Shown: positions 49,744 through 59,324, counted from the first letter of the stretch. The stretch is 64,000 nt of DNA from Legionellales bacterium (GCA_027486005.1 JAIXPZ010000042.1:2894-66893); one strand, 5' to 3'. A program made the numbers and translations. Notes: generated from the sequence alone by a model not told the origin.

Positions 49744-50037
49744 TTAACTTTTCGAGTTTATTGTGTTTGTCCAATAGCTTTTCCAGTCTTGGCTTTCTCC
49801 GTAGGTCATATTTCCAGAGAGAAACGCAGAATTATATGTGGCCTCAATATCTTGTATCGCTCGCTGTTTCTTTTCTTCAACAGAAGGTTCCAATTGCGCA
49901 ATAAGCTCAATCAATTCGAGACTTTTTTTAGCAAATTTTTTCCAGTTCATGTGAGGCTTTATTCCTATGCGTAAACACATTCTTGCTCGCTTCAGTATAG
50001 CATTTTTTATTGTTATTTTGTTAGTGGCTCTAGCCAT
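49744..50037 (-). CDS. Small hypothetical protein on the opposite strand inside the T4SS cluster
   Basis: 97-aa ORF with no motif. Its 3' end overlaps the 49967..50302 ORF. Confidence 0.25.
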   Translation of the reverse strand: MARATNKITIKNAILKRARMCLRIGIKPHMNWKKFAKKSLELIELIAQLEPSVEEKKQRAIQDIEATYNSAFLSGNMTYGESQDWKSYWTNTINSKS

Positions 50038-50302
50038 TTTTTCATGTGCGTATTTACTTCATGAATCTGCCCAGCTTAATAGTATCGCAAGTAGTATTAA
50101 TGATCACAGAGTAATACTTACCTTGTTACGAATTTGTTTTTTTCTCAGTTTTTTCTTAGCTTGGCCAAAAATTGTTGCTTATCGCGCAAAGAGAGCCGGC
50201 TGGCCTTCTGAAAATGTGCCTAAAGCAGTGCGATTGCGCTACCCCATTTTTCTGTTTTTCTTGTTTTTGGAAGCGATGGGGCAATTAAGCCATGGGTTTT
50301 AA
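49967..50302 (+). CDS. Small 2-TM membrane protein preceding traD
   Basis: Hydrophobic helices (FSIAFFIVILLVALAIFSCAYLL; ICFFLSFFLAWPKIV). Confidence 0.4.
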   Translation: MRKHILARFSIAFFIVILLVALAIFSCAYLLHESAQLNSIASSINDHRVILTLLRICFFLSFFLAWPKIVAYRAKRAGWPSENVPKAVRLRYPIFLFFLFLEAMGQLSHGF

Positions 50303-50318
50303 AGTAGGATGATAAAAA

Positions 50319-52346
50319 ATGTCACGTTATGCGTTTGAAAATTTATTCCGAGAACCGATAGAACTTTATGGCGGTGTGCTGTTATTGATCATCGGATTGT
50401 TCCTATATTTGTTCCCATATCTGTTCCTATTATTAGGCGTTACAAAGTGGGTGGCTTTGGCGCTGGTATTGGGATTAGCATTGAAACATATTACTAGCGG
50501 CCTGCGTGTTTTTCGCTTCAAACGCAGGCTTTTACAAATGAATGCTTTTTCAATGAGCACACAAGCGCTACCTGCTAATCGCCATCAACTTTATTTAGGA
50601 GAAGGGTTCCAGTGGCAGCCCATACACCGTCAGCGATTACACCTATTAAATCAACTGGATAACCAAGGGTATTTGCAACCTTCAAAGCTTTATCAGTGGA
50701 TCGATACAGCAGCACGTCGTCATCCTGAAGGTCGATTAAATCAGTGGCGTACATTACCGCTTTCACCGTTTAAACCTATGCCTGATATTGGAGGAAAACC
50801 GTCGTTGCACGGTGTTGGAAGTGATACTGAACAACCTGTGTATCTACATCAGCATAATCGCAATAGTCACATGGTTGTGTTTGGGATGACGCGTGTCGGC
50901 AAAACACGATTGATGTGCAATATCGTTGCGCAAGATATCCGTAACGGTGAGGCTGTTTTAATCATTGATCCTAAAAGCGATCTTGAGTTGCTGCAGGATA
51001 TTGTGGCTGCTTGTAAGGTGGCTGGACGTGATAAAGATTTAATGATTTTACACGCTGGGATGCCAGAGTTTTCTGCCAAATATAATCCATTGAATAATTT
51101 TGTGAACATCAGTGAAATTGCGACCCGTGTGACAGGCGCTATTTCGGCCGAAGGAGAAGGCCAACAGTTTAAAGATTTTGCGTGGAAGTTTTTAAATATC
51201 GTATCTACCTGTTTAATGGAGATGGGTGAGCCAATTAGCTACGCCACGCTTGCCTTTTATGTGACACGCCCAAAACAGCTTCTTTATCAGTACGGCGAAA
51301 AAATGTTTCCGATGAAAGACCCTCGCTATCAAGAAAAAATTGAACAAATACTGGCAGAAAATAGTAATAAGATTGATAAGAAAGGTAATAAAAAAGGTGA
51401 TATGACGCAACAAGAAGCGGTACAAGTGTATGTCGAAAATTATATTCAAGAAACGCTCGAAAGAGGAGACCGTAGTATTTATGACGCTATCATTGTCGAT
51501 CTGCATTATGCCGCGAATCTAGGCGAAGAATACTATTCTAAAATTACCGCAAGCTTAGGTCCTGTTTTTGATAAAATTAATAAGACATCTGCGCGCGATG
51601 TATTTTCTTGGGAAGGTGAAAGCACACTTCCTGTTATTCGACTTGAAGAAGTCATTCGCGATAAAAAAGTCGTATACATGGGGCTCGATGCACTTTCTAA
51701 CGAAGCGATGGCCAAAGCTATTAGTCAAGCCTTAATTGCCGATTTAGTAACACTTATCGGTAAGCTCTATAAAACTGCACCTGATAAAAAATTTCCATTA
51801 TGCTTACACGTTGACGAATTTAGTAACATGGTCAGAGATGAGTTTATTAATCTTTTAAATAAAGCCGGTGGTGCAGGGATTAAAGTTGCGGCTTATACAC
51901 AAACCGTCAATGATTTGGGTGCGGTTTTTGGAACCAATAAAGATAAGCCTAAAATGCTTCTGGGTAACTTTGGTACGATGATTATGCTGCGTGTTGCTAA
52001 TGACGACACTGCAGAAGTTTTTGTGAATTGCTTAGAGCGAACTCAAACACGTAGTGCCGTACCTTACACCACGACATCCGATAAACCAGACGCACAGGAT
52101 GGCGATTTTTTCACGACGCAAAATACCGATTCAGTGAGTGAAGAATATCAATCGATCATTGAGGTCAATCATTTATTTTCATTGCCTAAGGGACAAGCGT
52201 TTGTGCTGACTGACGGCGGGAAACTTTACAAGATTCGAATTCCGCTTCCTGAAGCTCAAAAAGGGCTGCCGAATAACTTTGAAGAAATTCTAAAAAAAAT
52301 TAATACGAAGTCAGGCTTAAATCAGTATGAAGAGGTGAAATTATGA
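50319..52346 (+). CDS. traD: Type IV coupling protein TraD (conjugative coupling factor, SXT/TOL-like)
   Basis: Two N-terminal TM helices. Walker A GMTRVGKT. Walker B/DE region (CLHVDEFSNM). 675 aa. Confidence 0.85.
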   Translation: MSRYAFENLFREPIELYGGVLLLIIGLFLYLFPYLFLLLGVTKWVALALVLGLALKHITSGLRVFRFKRRLLQMNAFSMSTQALPANRHQLYLGEGFQWQPIHRQRLHLLNQLDNQGYLQPSKLYQWIDTAARRHPEGRLNQWRTLPLSPFKPMPDIGGKPSLHGVGSDTEQPVYLHQHNRNSHMVVFGMTRVGKTRLMCNIVAQDIRNGEAVLIIDPKSDLELLQDIVAACKVAGRDKDLMILHAGMPEFSAKYNPLNNFVNISEIATRVTGAISAEGEGQQFKDFAWKFLNIVSTCLMEMGEPISYATLAFYVTRPKQLLYQYGEKMFPMKDPRYQEKIEQILAENSNKIDKKGNKKGDMTQQEAVQVYVENYIQETLERGDRSIYDAIIVDLHYAANLGEEYYSKITASLGPVFDKINKTSARDVFSWEGESTLPVIRLEEVIRDKKVVYMGLDALSNEAMAKAISQALIADLVTLIGKLYKTAPDKKFPLCLHVDEFSNMVRDEFINLLNKAGGAGIKVAAYTQTVNDLGAVFGTNKDKPKMLLGNFGTMIMLRVANDDTAEVFVNCLERTQTRSAVPYTTTSDKPDAQDGDFFTTQNTDSVSEEYQSIIEVNHLFSLPKGQAFVLTDGGKLYKIRIPLPEAQKGLPNNFEEILKKINTKSGLNQYEEVKL

Positions 52347-52963
52347 GAGAGACAATGAATGTTTATCTTTCTACCCCACTGTGCCAGGAATTTTTCAAAA
52401 AATCACAACATCATGGCCATAGTCTTTATCGGCATATAGAACGTAAGCTCAGAAAGCTTTCGCATAAGACTCGACAAGATAATTTATCAGCAATTATTCA
52501 CAGCAACTTGTTTTATCGAAATATTATTCGCTATACGCAGGATATTGAATCTGAAATAAAAAAATATCAATCCATCATAAAAGATAAAACAGTCATTGAT
52601 AATGTGAGACAAAAGATGAAAGCTGAAAAACACGCATTCAGCGAACTTAATCCGTTAATGAAAATTTTAAATCGCGCACTTATTGAGACAGATCGTCTTA
52701 TGGTGCTATTGAGCGCTGCTCATGAAAATCAGAACTTTGAGGTGTCTAATACAATGTATTCATTGAGCGCTAAACTCAGAAATAAGTTTTTTGTGATCAT
52801 TGGACAAATTCAACGTTTATCGATAAAGAATTTTGATGAAAAAACAGTTGTCGAGTTTTTTAATACGCGGCATCTGTATCCTGAAATAGAGAGAAATAAG
52901 ATTCTCAATATTCTTGCTATCGGGTTTATTCCCGCGTATCGACATCATCGACAAGCAGCTTAA
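52343..52963 (+). CDS. Hypothetical protein
   Basis: Start overlaps the traD stop (ATGA). No motif recognised. Confidence 0.35.
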   Translation: MRETMNVYLSTPLCQEFFKKSQHHGHSLYRHIERKLRKLSHKTRQDNLSAIIHSNLFYRNIIRYTQDIESEIKKYQSIIKDKTVIDNVRQKMKAEKHAFSELNPLMKILNRALIETDRLMVLLSAAHENQNFEVSNTMYSLSAKLRNKFFVIIGQIQRLSIKNFDEKTVVEFFNTRHLYPEIERNKILNILAIGFIPAYRHHRQAA

Positions 52964-52989
52964 TTATATAAAAAATAAAAAGGTGAAAA

Positions 52990-55122
52990 ATGAGTATATG
53001 TGTATTGTGTGAAAAACCCAGTCAAGCAAGAGATATTGCGAATGTGTTGGGAGCAAGACAACGTCAAGAAGGTTTTATTGAAGGTAATGGTTATCTGGTC
53101 ACGTGGTGTTTGGGGCATCTTTTAGAACTCGCACCGCCCGAGCATTATCAACCCAACTTACAACCTTGGCGATTAGAAGTGTTACCTGTAATTCCTCAAG
53201 CGTGGGCCGTGCTTCCGAATAAAAAAACGAGTCAACAATTAACAGTCATTAAAAAATTATTGAAGCAAGTCAATCATGTCATTATAGCAACGGATGCGGA
53301 TAGAGAGGGGGATGTGATAGGGCGAGAAGTATTAGATTTTTGTCATTATCAAGGAAAGATTGAACGCTTATGGTTATCGGCGTTAGATGATCAGTCCATT
53401 AAGCAAGCGCTTAAGGATATTAAGCCGAACAGTTTTAGTATTAACTTATATCAAGCCGGGCTTGGCAGACAGAGAGCCGATTGGCTGGTCGGAATGACAT
53501 GTACTATGGCAGCAACCGTTCAGTTTTCAAAAGGAAATGGTGTGCTCTCCGTAGGCCGTGTACAAAGTCCAACGCTAAAACTTATTGTGGATCGTGATTT
53601 TGTTATCGAGAATTTTAAATCACAAGATTACTATGATTTGTTGATTACGGTGACGCACCCAATGGGAAACTTCCAAGCGAAATGGCAAGTGCCAGAAACT
53701 TTGGCGGATGAAGAAGGTCATTGTCGCCATCGAAACCATGTTGAAGCGGTGTTACTTACGGTAAAAGATAAACCGGTTCAAGTGATAAACTATTCTGAAC
53801 AAGAAAAAACTCAAAAACCACCGTTAGGACTCTCTTTATCTGTTTTACAAAAGCTATGTTCAAGCAAGTTTGGATTTACAGCGAAAAAAACATTAGAGAT
53901 CGCACAGTCGCTCTATGAAACACATAAAGCAACGACGTATCCAAGAACAGATTGTCAGTATTTACCGTCAAGTCAGTTTTCTGACGTAAGCACAATTTTC
54001 AAGCACTTATCAAATAAAAATAAAGAGTATGTGGATTTAATTGCGAAATGCAATGTGTCGTTCACGAGCCCCATTTGGAATGATAAAAAAATTACTGCCC
54101 ACCACGCTATTATTCCGACGTTAAATGATAGTGTTGTTATCAGCAAGTTAAGTGATGATGAAAAGAAATTATATGACCTCGTATGCCGCACCTACATCGC
54201 ACAGTTTTTAGGCGATTACTATTATCTACAAAAAGAAGTTGAACTTTCGGTAGAAAGCGAGCATTTCAAGGCAGGTTCACATACTTCAAAATCTGTTGGC
54301 TGGAAATTGGCGCTCACGAATGCAGACGATGATGAGCAGCTGGAATCACTTGGCGATATCACTATTCCGACATTAGCAATAGATGAGAGCTTGCTTTGTC
54401 AGGATGCAATAATTCAGGGAAAACAAACAAAACCACTATCACGCTTTACAGAAGGTACACTGATCACCGCAATGAAAAATATTGCAAGCGTCATAGACGA
54501 TGTCGCTTTAAAGAAAATCTTACGTGAGTCAGCGGGCATTGGTACAGAAGCCACGCGCGCCAATATTATCGAAACGCTCATTCATAGAGAATATATAGAG
54601 CGAAAGGGTAAACAGCTTATTTCAACGACAAAAGGGCGTGAGTTGATTCGACTTTTGCCGAGTCACGTGACGAATCCCGCATTAACGGCTAATTGGGAAA
54701 GCAAACTTGATGAAATAGCACAAGGCAAATATGCATTGGAAGATTTTATGACTGCGCAAGTGGATTTGCTGAGAGAAATGTTGCATGAAATTACAGCGCA
54801 ATCATCTTCAGTGACTGCATCTAAAACATCTGAATATCATTGCACAAAGTGTAAGAGTGCTTTATTTCGTAGAAATGGAAAGTTTGGGTACTTTTGGGGA
54901 TGCAGTGGCTATCCTGAGTGTAAAGAAGTGTACAAAGACAATAAGGGTAAACCAATACTTAACAACGAACAGTATGCCTGCCATAATTGCAAAGAAGGGT
55001 TTTTGCAATTACGTTCAAGTAAGAAAGGAAAATTTTGGGGATGCTCAACGTATCCAGCCTGTCAAACAATCGTGAATGATAAACGCGGAAAACCAGAAGC
55101 GTGGAGAAAAAAAGATGCTTAA
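52990..55122 (+). CDS. topB: DNA topoisomerase III (TopB), ICE-associated type IA topoisomerase with C-terminal zinc ribbons
   Basis: TOPRIM start MSICVLCEKPSQARDIANVLGA with an acidic DxDxEG cluster. The catalytic Tyr region and repeated C4 zinc-ribbon motifs (CTKCKS...CSGYPEC; CHNCKEG...CSTYPAC) are present. Confidence 0.9.
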   Translation: MSICVLCEKPSQARDIANVLGARQRQEGFIEGNGYLVTWCLGHLLELAPPEHYQPNLQPWRLEVLPVIPQAWAVLPNKKTSQQLTVIKKLLKQVNHVIIATDADREGDVIGREVLDFCHYQGKIERLWLSALDDQSIKQALKDIKPNSFSINLYQAGLGRQRADWLVGMTCTMAATVQFSKGNGVLSVGRVQSPTLKLIVDRDFVIENFKSQDYYDLLITVTHPMGNFQAKWQVPETLADEEGHCRHRNHVEAVLLTVKDKPVQVINYSEQEKTQKPPLGLSLSVLQKLCSSKFGFTAKKTLEIAQSLYETHKATTYPRTDCQYLPSSQFSDVSTIFKHLSNKNKEYVDLIAKCNVSFTSPIWNDKKITAHHAIIPTLNDSVVISKLSDDEKKLYDLVCRTYIAQFLGDYYYLQKEVELSVESEHFKAGSHTSKSVGWKLALTNADDDEQLESLGDITIPTLAIDESLLCQDAIIQGKQTKPLSRFTEGTLITAMKNIASVIDDVALKKILRESAGIGTEATRANIIETLIHREYIERKGKQLISTTKGRELIRLLPSHVTNPALTANWESKLDEIAQGKYALEDFMTAQVDLLREMLHEITAQSSSVTASKTSEYHCTKCKSALFRRNGKFGYFWGCSGYPECKEVYKDNKGKPILNNEQYACHNCKEGFLQLRSSKKGKFWGCSTYPACQTIVNDKRGKPEAWRKKDA

Positions 55123-55696
55123 ATCACTACTCTTAAAATTTAAAGCTAAATGGACAGAAAAAGAGCGTGAAGAAAAAGATAGAATAGGTCGAGAAATGGT
55201 CACAACTAAAATGATTATAGATCTTTACGCTTACACCTCTAAGCGATTACAGAAGCGTCTAAGTGAAAATTGTATCGTCTCTGAGGGGATTTGCTATTTT
55301 ATGAGGACCTATGCCATGGAGGAATTTATCGAGCAACTTGCTAATCGAGATCTTTCTTATTTAATGCGCTGTTATCCGAGCGATAATTATATCATTGAGC
55401 TTCATGCTGATTTGAACTGCAATGGAAAAATATCCTATCGTGATGCAGTTACGAATCAGCTGTTCTATCGTGATGCCTTTATTTGGCCACAAAGTTTTAT
55501 CTCTCTATCGTCTTTGAAGTTTAAGTTGAAAAAATTACCGCTTCTTTACGCGAGTGAGCGAGTAAGTTTTGGAATGAAAAAAGACGAAGATATTAGCAAT
55601 CTTTATGGTCTATTTATTTGTTCAGAAATGCAAGAAAACCCATTTAATTTGCATTCCGAGAAAGCAATGGCTTGCTATTTAGAAAAAAATGGATAG
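55115..55696 (+). CDS. Hypothetical protein
   Basis: The track ORF starts at 55076, overlapping the topB 3' end. The internal ATG at 55115 (MLKSLLLKF) is more likely. No motif recognised. Confidence 0.35.
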   Translation: MLKSLLLKFKAKWTEKEREEKDRIGREMVTTKMIIDLYAYTSKRLQKRLSENCIVSEGICYFMRTYAMEEFIEQLANRDLSYLMRCYPSDNYIIELHADLNCNGKISYRDAVTNQLFYRDAFIWPQSFISLSSLKFKLKKLPLLYASERVSFGMKKDEDISNLYGLFICSEMQENPFNLHSEKAMACYLEKNG

Positions 55697-56213
55697 AATT
55701 ATTAATAATAAAGCACTGTGTTGTGCTGAATTAATTTACCTACTGCTGATAACTCATCCCTTTAATCGTCAGCGGAGCGTTTAGCTAGGGACATCAGGAT
55801 ATAAATGCAAAGCTTATTTGCCAATCGTCCTGACAGATCGTCGATCTGAACACCCATAGAATACCTATTTGATTGAATTTATTCAATTTCGTAGATGCTA
55901 TGGTCGTTCTTTAACAATGTGATATCACAAATTAAGTTTCTGTTTTGAATGAAGTGACTTTTAAATAAGAAGTATTAAAAAAATGATACTTTTGAAAATG
56001 CGTTTTTGAACATAATGACTTGCCAAGAATCAACTTAATGCACAAGGAGAATATACCTTGAATATTATGTTTTTTCTTAATCGAGACAACACCGATATTA
56101 TTCATAATGTTAGTGTTTTACCTACCGCTGCTGCGGAAGAATAACTCTTCCTGCAGTCGCGGAAGTGTTTTCTTCAGTAGCTTTTCTTAAACAAACTACT
56201 GAAGGAGACAATT

Positions 56214-56462
56214 ATGTCTAATTGCGCTAGAGACGATATGTTTTTAATTGGTTCTGTCGAAAAAGAGCCGAGTTCTATAACAGAAACATATCGTGAATTA
56301 TTTGAGAGCGTATCGTTTGAAATGCAGTCAAATGCAGAAATTATTGATTATCATCTTGCGCATTTCGGTGCTGTTGAAGGTGGTTTCATTAATAATTTCA
56401 GAAACAGAATGATGTCTATCGTCAATGCCATTGATAATAGTCGTCATTTATTGTCGATATAA
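56214..56462 (+). CDS. Small hypothetical protein preceded by a structured leader
   Basis: 82-aa ORF. SD AAGGAG is partly buried in the hairpin CTTCAGTAG-N15-CTACTGAAG. Confidence 0.45.
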   Translation: MSNCARDDMFLIGSVEKEPSSITETYRELFESVSFEMQSNAEIIDYHLAHFGAVEGGFINNFRNRMMSIVNAIDNSRHLLSI

Positions 56463-56546
56463 TATTGTGTATAAAACCCCCCGCTGGGAGAGATAATCTC
56501 CTTGCGGAGCAATTATATTCTCAGCTAATAATGTGAGGATATAATT

Positions 56547-56909
56547 ATGAGCAACGGAACTTTTAGATCATGGATGGAAACGCAATACTCACCCGAGACG
56601 ATGAATGATATTTATCATCATGGGTGTGGCGGTGGTGTTTCAGGATTAATTTATTATTCAGAAACAACTGCGTTGTATGCTGCTTATCAAGAAGAAATTT
56701 GGGAGATTTTACAAGAAAGTGCAGAAGAGTTTGGATATGACAATGTGATTGAGTTACTTGCAAGTCACTCAAAAGCAGATTTAAGTACTCCGGCTACTTT
56801 TGCGAATCATCTTGTTTGGTTTGCTGCTGAAACTATTGCTAGTCAATGGATACAGCAGCATGAACAAGACGAGGATGAAAACGAAAAAGTTTTTTCTTTT
56901 AAGCATTAG
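56547..56909 (+). CDS. Small acidic hypothetical protein preceded by a conserved leader element
   Basis: 120 aa with an acidic tail QHEQDEDENEKVF. The conserved double-hairpin leader lies at 56478-56546. Confidence 0.45.
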   Translation: MSNGTFRSWMETQYSPETMNDIYHHGCGGGVSGLIYYSETTALYAAYQEEIWEILQESAEEFGYDNVIELLASHSKADLSTPATFANHLVWFAAETIASQWIQQHEQDEDENEKVFSFKH

Positions 56910-57030
56910 ATGCGAGCCTACTTATAGTATTTACTATGTGTAGGCACATTTAAACAATTTTTAAACCCTGCTGGGACATGTTTCCCAGCAGGGGAATTAT
57001 GTCCTCAGCAATAATCGTGAGGACGTAATA

Positions 57031-57453
57031 ATGAAAGATACAATGTTGCCACCCGAGAAAATAACAGGAGGGCAGTTACGATACGCATTGAGAGGATTTA
57101 CTTGCACAGCAAACTGGTACAGTCATCCGCTGACTAAGCGGTTAGTGTATACAGATGGAGTGCGGCATTTAGCTCAAATATGTAAATCGTATTGGTTAAT
57201 TGATTTAATTGCTCTGCAATTTTTACCAGAGTTGATAAAAACATCAAATGACTGGTTTTATAGCGTGAGAATTAACGTGACTGACCATCAAACAGGTGTA
57301 GTGATTGTGACGGATGGAAATAGTAAGAAGCCTATCTTAACAGAAGTGCTGCCGTATACGACTTTTCCTAAAGTGAAAAATTTTATGCTTTTTATTGAAA
57401 GTATGGATCATGAAAACAACACATACTGTTTGCTGTTACCTTCTGAGCATTAG
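57031..57453 (+). CDS. Small hypothetical protein, paralogue A
   Basis: 140 aa, clearly paralogous to 57575..58000 (shared NWY-H....YTDGVRHL core). Conserved double-hairpin leader at 56967-57030. Confidence 0.5.
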   Translation: MKDTMLPPEKITGGQLRYALRGFTCTANWYSHPLTKRLVYTDGVRHLAQICKSYWLIDLIALQFLPELIKTSNDWFYSVRINVTDHQTGVVIVTDGNSKKPILTEVLPYTTFPKVKNFMLFIESMDHENNTYCLLLPSEH

Positions 57454-57574
57454 AATATTTTTTGCGCTTAGCCGAATCTAAGCGCAAAAATTTAAATGCA
57501 AAACATTTTTTACCCAGCAGGGGAGTAATCTCCTGCTGGGAGATTATGTCCTCAGCAATAACTATGAGGTCATA

Positions 57575-58000
57575 ATGATGAAAGATGCTGTGTTAGAACT
57601 AGAAAAAATAAAAGAAGAGGAGTTTCGACAAGAACTTGGACAGTTTACAGGAACGGTTAATTGGTATCGTCACAGGCAAAATGCTCAATTTATTTATACT
57701 GATGGTGTTCGCCATTTGATTGAATGTTACCGAGCCATTAGGTTTATTGACATGATTGCATTAGAAGTACTGCCAACCGTCAAAAAAATAAATGATGATT
57801 GGTGTTACTGCTTGATGCTGGCAACTACTGCACAGGAAACAGGTGAATTGACTGTTTTCAATGATGATGATGCAAAATTACTGCTGACAATAAAATTGTC
57901 CTACAGCACCATTCCTCAAATTAGTGAGTTAAGATTTGTCTTAAGTTGTGTTGATGAAAAAGCTGAAGTGTTTTGTTTATCTCTGTCTTCTGAAAATTGA
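57575..58000 (+). CDS. Small hypothetical protein, paralogue B
   Basis: 141 aa, paralogous to 57031..57453. Conserved double-hairpin leader at 57510-57577. Confidence 0.5.
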   Translation: MMKDAVLELEKIKEEEFRQELGQFTGTVNWYRHRQNAQFIYTDGVRHLIECYRAIRFIDMIALEVLPTVKKINDDWCYCLMLATTAQETGELTVFNDDDAKLLLTIKLSYSTIPQISELRFVLSCVDEKAEVFCLSLSSEN

Positions 58001-58165
58001 ATGATTGCCTGTATTTAGCTTTGGCTGGATGCAGGCAATGCTTATCTAAACTGTATATTTTTATTTGCTCGACTTGCAAAACTTGACGCGAGTGCCATTA
58101 TCGAATCAAAATAGCGAAGCCTGGATTTTCTGGGCAATTATTATTAATTTTGAGGATGATTACCC

Positions 58166-58459
58166 ATGGCTAAACCAGTAAATGTTGATAAATTCAAAGC
58201 AACGATTGCAGCACAAAAAGAACAGATCGCTACACTAAAAGCGTCTGTACGTGAACTAAAGGCTGAATTAAAAGCAAAACCTAAGGCCGCAAAAGCAAGC
58301 AGCAAACCTGCTAAACCAGTCGCTAAGAAAAAAGTAGCTGCAAAAAAGGCGGCAAAGCCTGTTGTTAAAAAAACAGCTGCGCCAAAGAAGGTGGCTAAAA
58401 AGCCTGCCAAGAAAACTGCGGCTAAAAAAGCCAAAGTAGTTGCACCACAAGCTGCATAA
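58166..58459 (+). CDS. Lysine/alanine-rich histone H1-like DNA-binding protein
   Basis: N-terminal coiled-coil segment, then AKPKAAKASSKPAKPVAKKKVAAKKAAKPVVKKTAAPKKVAKKPAKKTAAKKAKVV, which are KPAAKKA-type H1-like repeats. The antisense ORFs at 58144..58434 and 58268..58450 are artefacts of the repeat. Confidence 0.65.
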   Translation: MAKPVNVDKFKATIAAQKEQIATLKASVRELKAELKAKPKAAKASSKPAKPVAKKKVAAKKAAKPVVKKTAAPKKVAKKPAKKTAAKKAKVVAPQAA

Positions 58460-58470
58460 GTGTGTGAATT

Positions 58471-58504
58471 CTATTAGTGCGCCACTTTTGGTGGCGCACT
58501 AATA
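58471..58504 (+). terminator. Strong perfect hairpin (15-bp stem, UUUU loop) after the H1-like gene; putative terminator, but no U-tract
   Basis: CTATTAGTGCGCCAC-TTTT-GTGGCGCACTAATAG read directly. It lies 12 nt after the stop codon. Confidence 0.45.
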
Positions 58505-58658
58505 GAATATGCTAAATAGGGGTTGTGTGGAGTTCTGCTTTTGTCCATCAAGAGTAATTATGCAAAAAAGAAGCAGTAATGCGGATTGCTGGAGAAATGG
58601 GAATATTTAACGTATCATTGGCTTAATTCCGATATGGCGTGATTTTTCATAAAAAATA

Positions 58659-59324
58659 TTATGTAATTTTACTTATTTTTAATTTTTCATCTACTTTATT
58701 TACCGTGAGAATACATTGCATTTCACAAGCCGGTGATTCTAATGAGGTAGCGCGTAATGTAATATGATGCTCTTCATAACCTGGAATAAATATATCAGGG
58801 GCAAGCGCGCCATGCAGAAAGTACAATTTAATTTTCCCATCTTTTTTCGCTTCATTATAGTTAGCTATAGGTATAAAGGTTTTTTCTCCTTTATTAAGTG
58901 AAAAATTGTGTTTAAAATGATGTGTTATTTTTTCACTTTTAGCGCCAATAGTTTCAATAACGAATTCGCAATTTGATAAAAGTTTATTACCTGTGTTGTG
59001 AATTGCTATGGAAATTATTCGATATCGATCGCTAGGACTGGTACTTTGAATTTTTTCAAAATTTCCCTCGGTACCGATTAGAATAGTAAGAGAATATGTC
59101 GGCATCAACTGAATGATACAAGCGAACACTATAAATCCCACTAAAAAGCACATAGCAAAAACAGAAGTTAAAGATTGTGCCGGTATGAGTCCATAGTGCA
59201 TTAGAATAAGGCAACCAGCTACGCCGAAAATGGCAAAAAGCACACCCGCTACGCAGCATGTCACAAATTGCCGTTGAGAAAAGCTTTGACTACATCGCTC
59301 TAAAATAGAGTAAAATTTATCCAA
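58659..59324 (-). CDS. Hypothetical membrane protein
   Basis: N-terminal TM helices (VAGVLFAIFGVAGCLILMHYGLI; FAMCFLVGFIVFACIIQLM) followed by a soluble domain. Confidence 0.4.
   Translation of the reverse strand: MDKFYSILERCSQSFSQRQFVTCCVAGVLFAIFGVAGCLILMHYGLIPAQSLTSVFAMCFLVGFIVFACIIQLMPTYSLTILIGTEGNFEKIQSTSPSDRYRIISIAIHNTGNKLLSNCEFVIETIGAKSEKITHHFKHNFSLNKGEKTFIPIANYNEAKKDGKIKLYFLHGALAPDIFIPGYEEHHITLRATSLESPACEMQCILTVNKVDEKLKISKIT

Noticed and set aside
58144-58450. Antisense ORFs 58144..58434 (-) and 58268..58450 (-) overlapping the H1-like gene
   Set aside because: They are mirror-frame artefacts of the GCn/AAR-rich repeat coding the lysine/alanine tract. Only the + frame gives a coherent protein with an SD-ATG context and a terminal hairpin.
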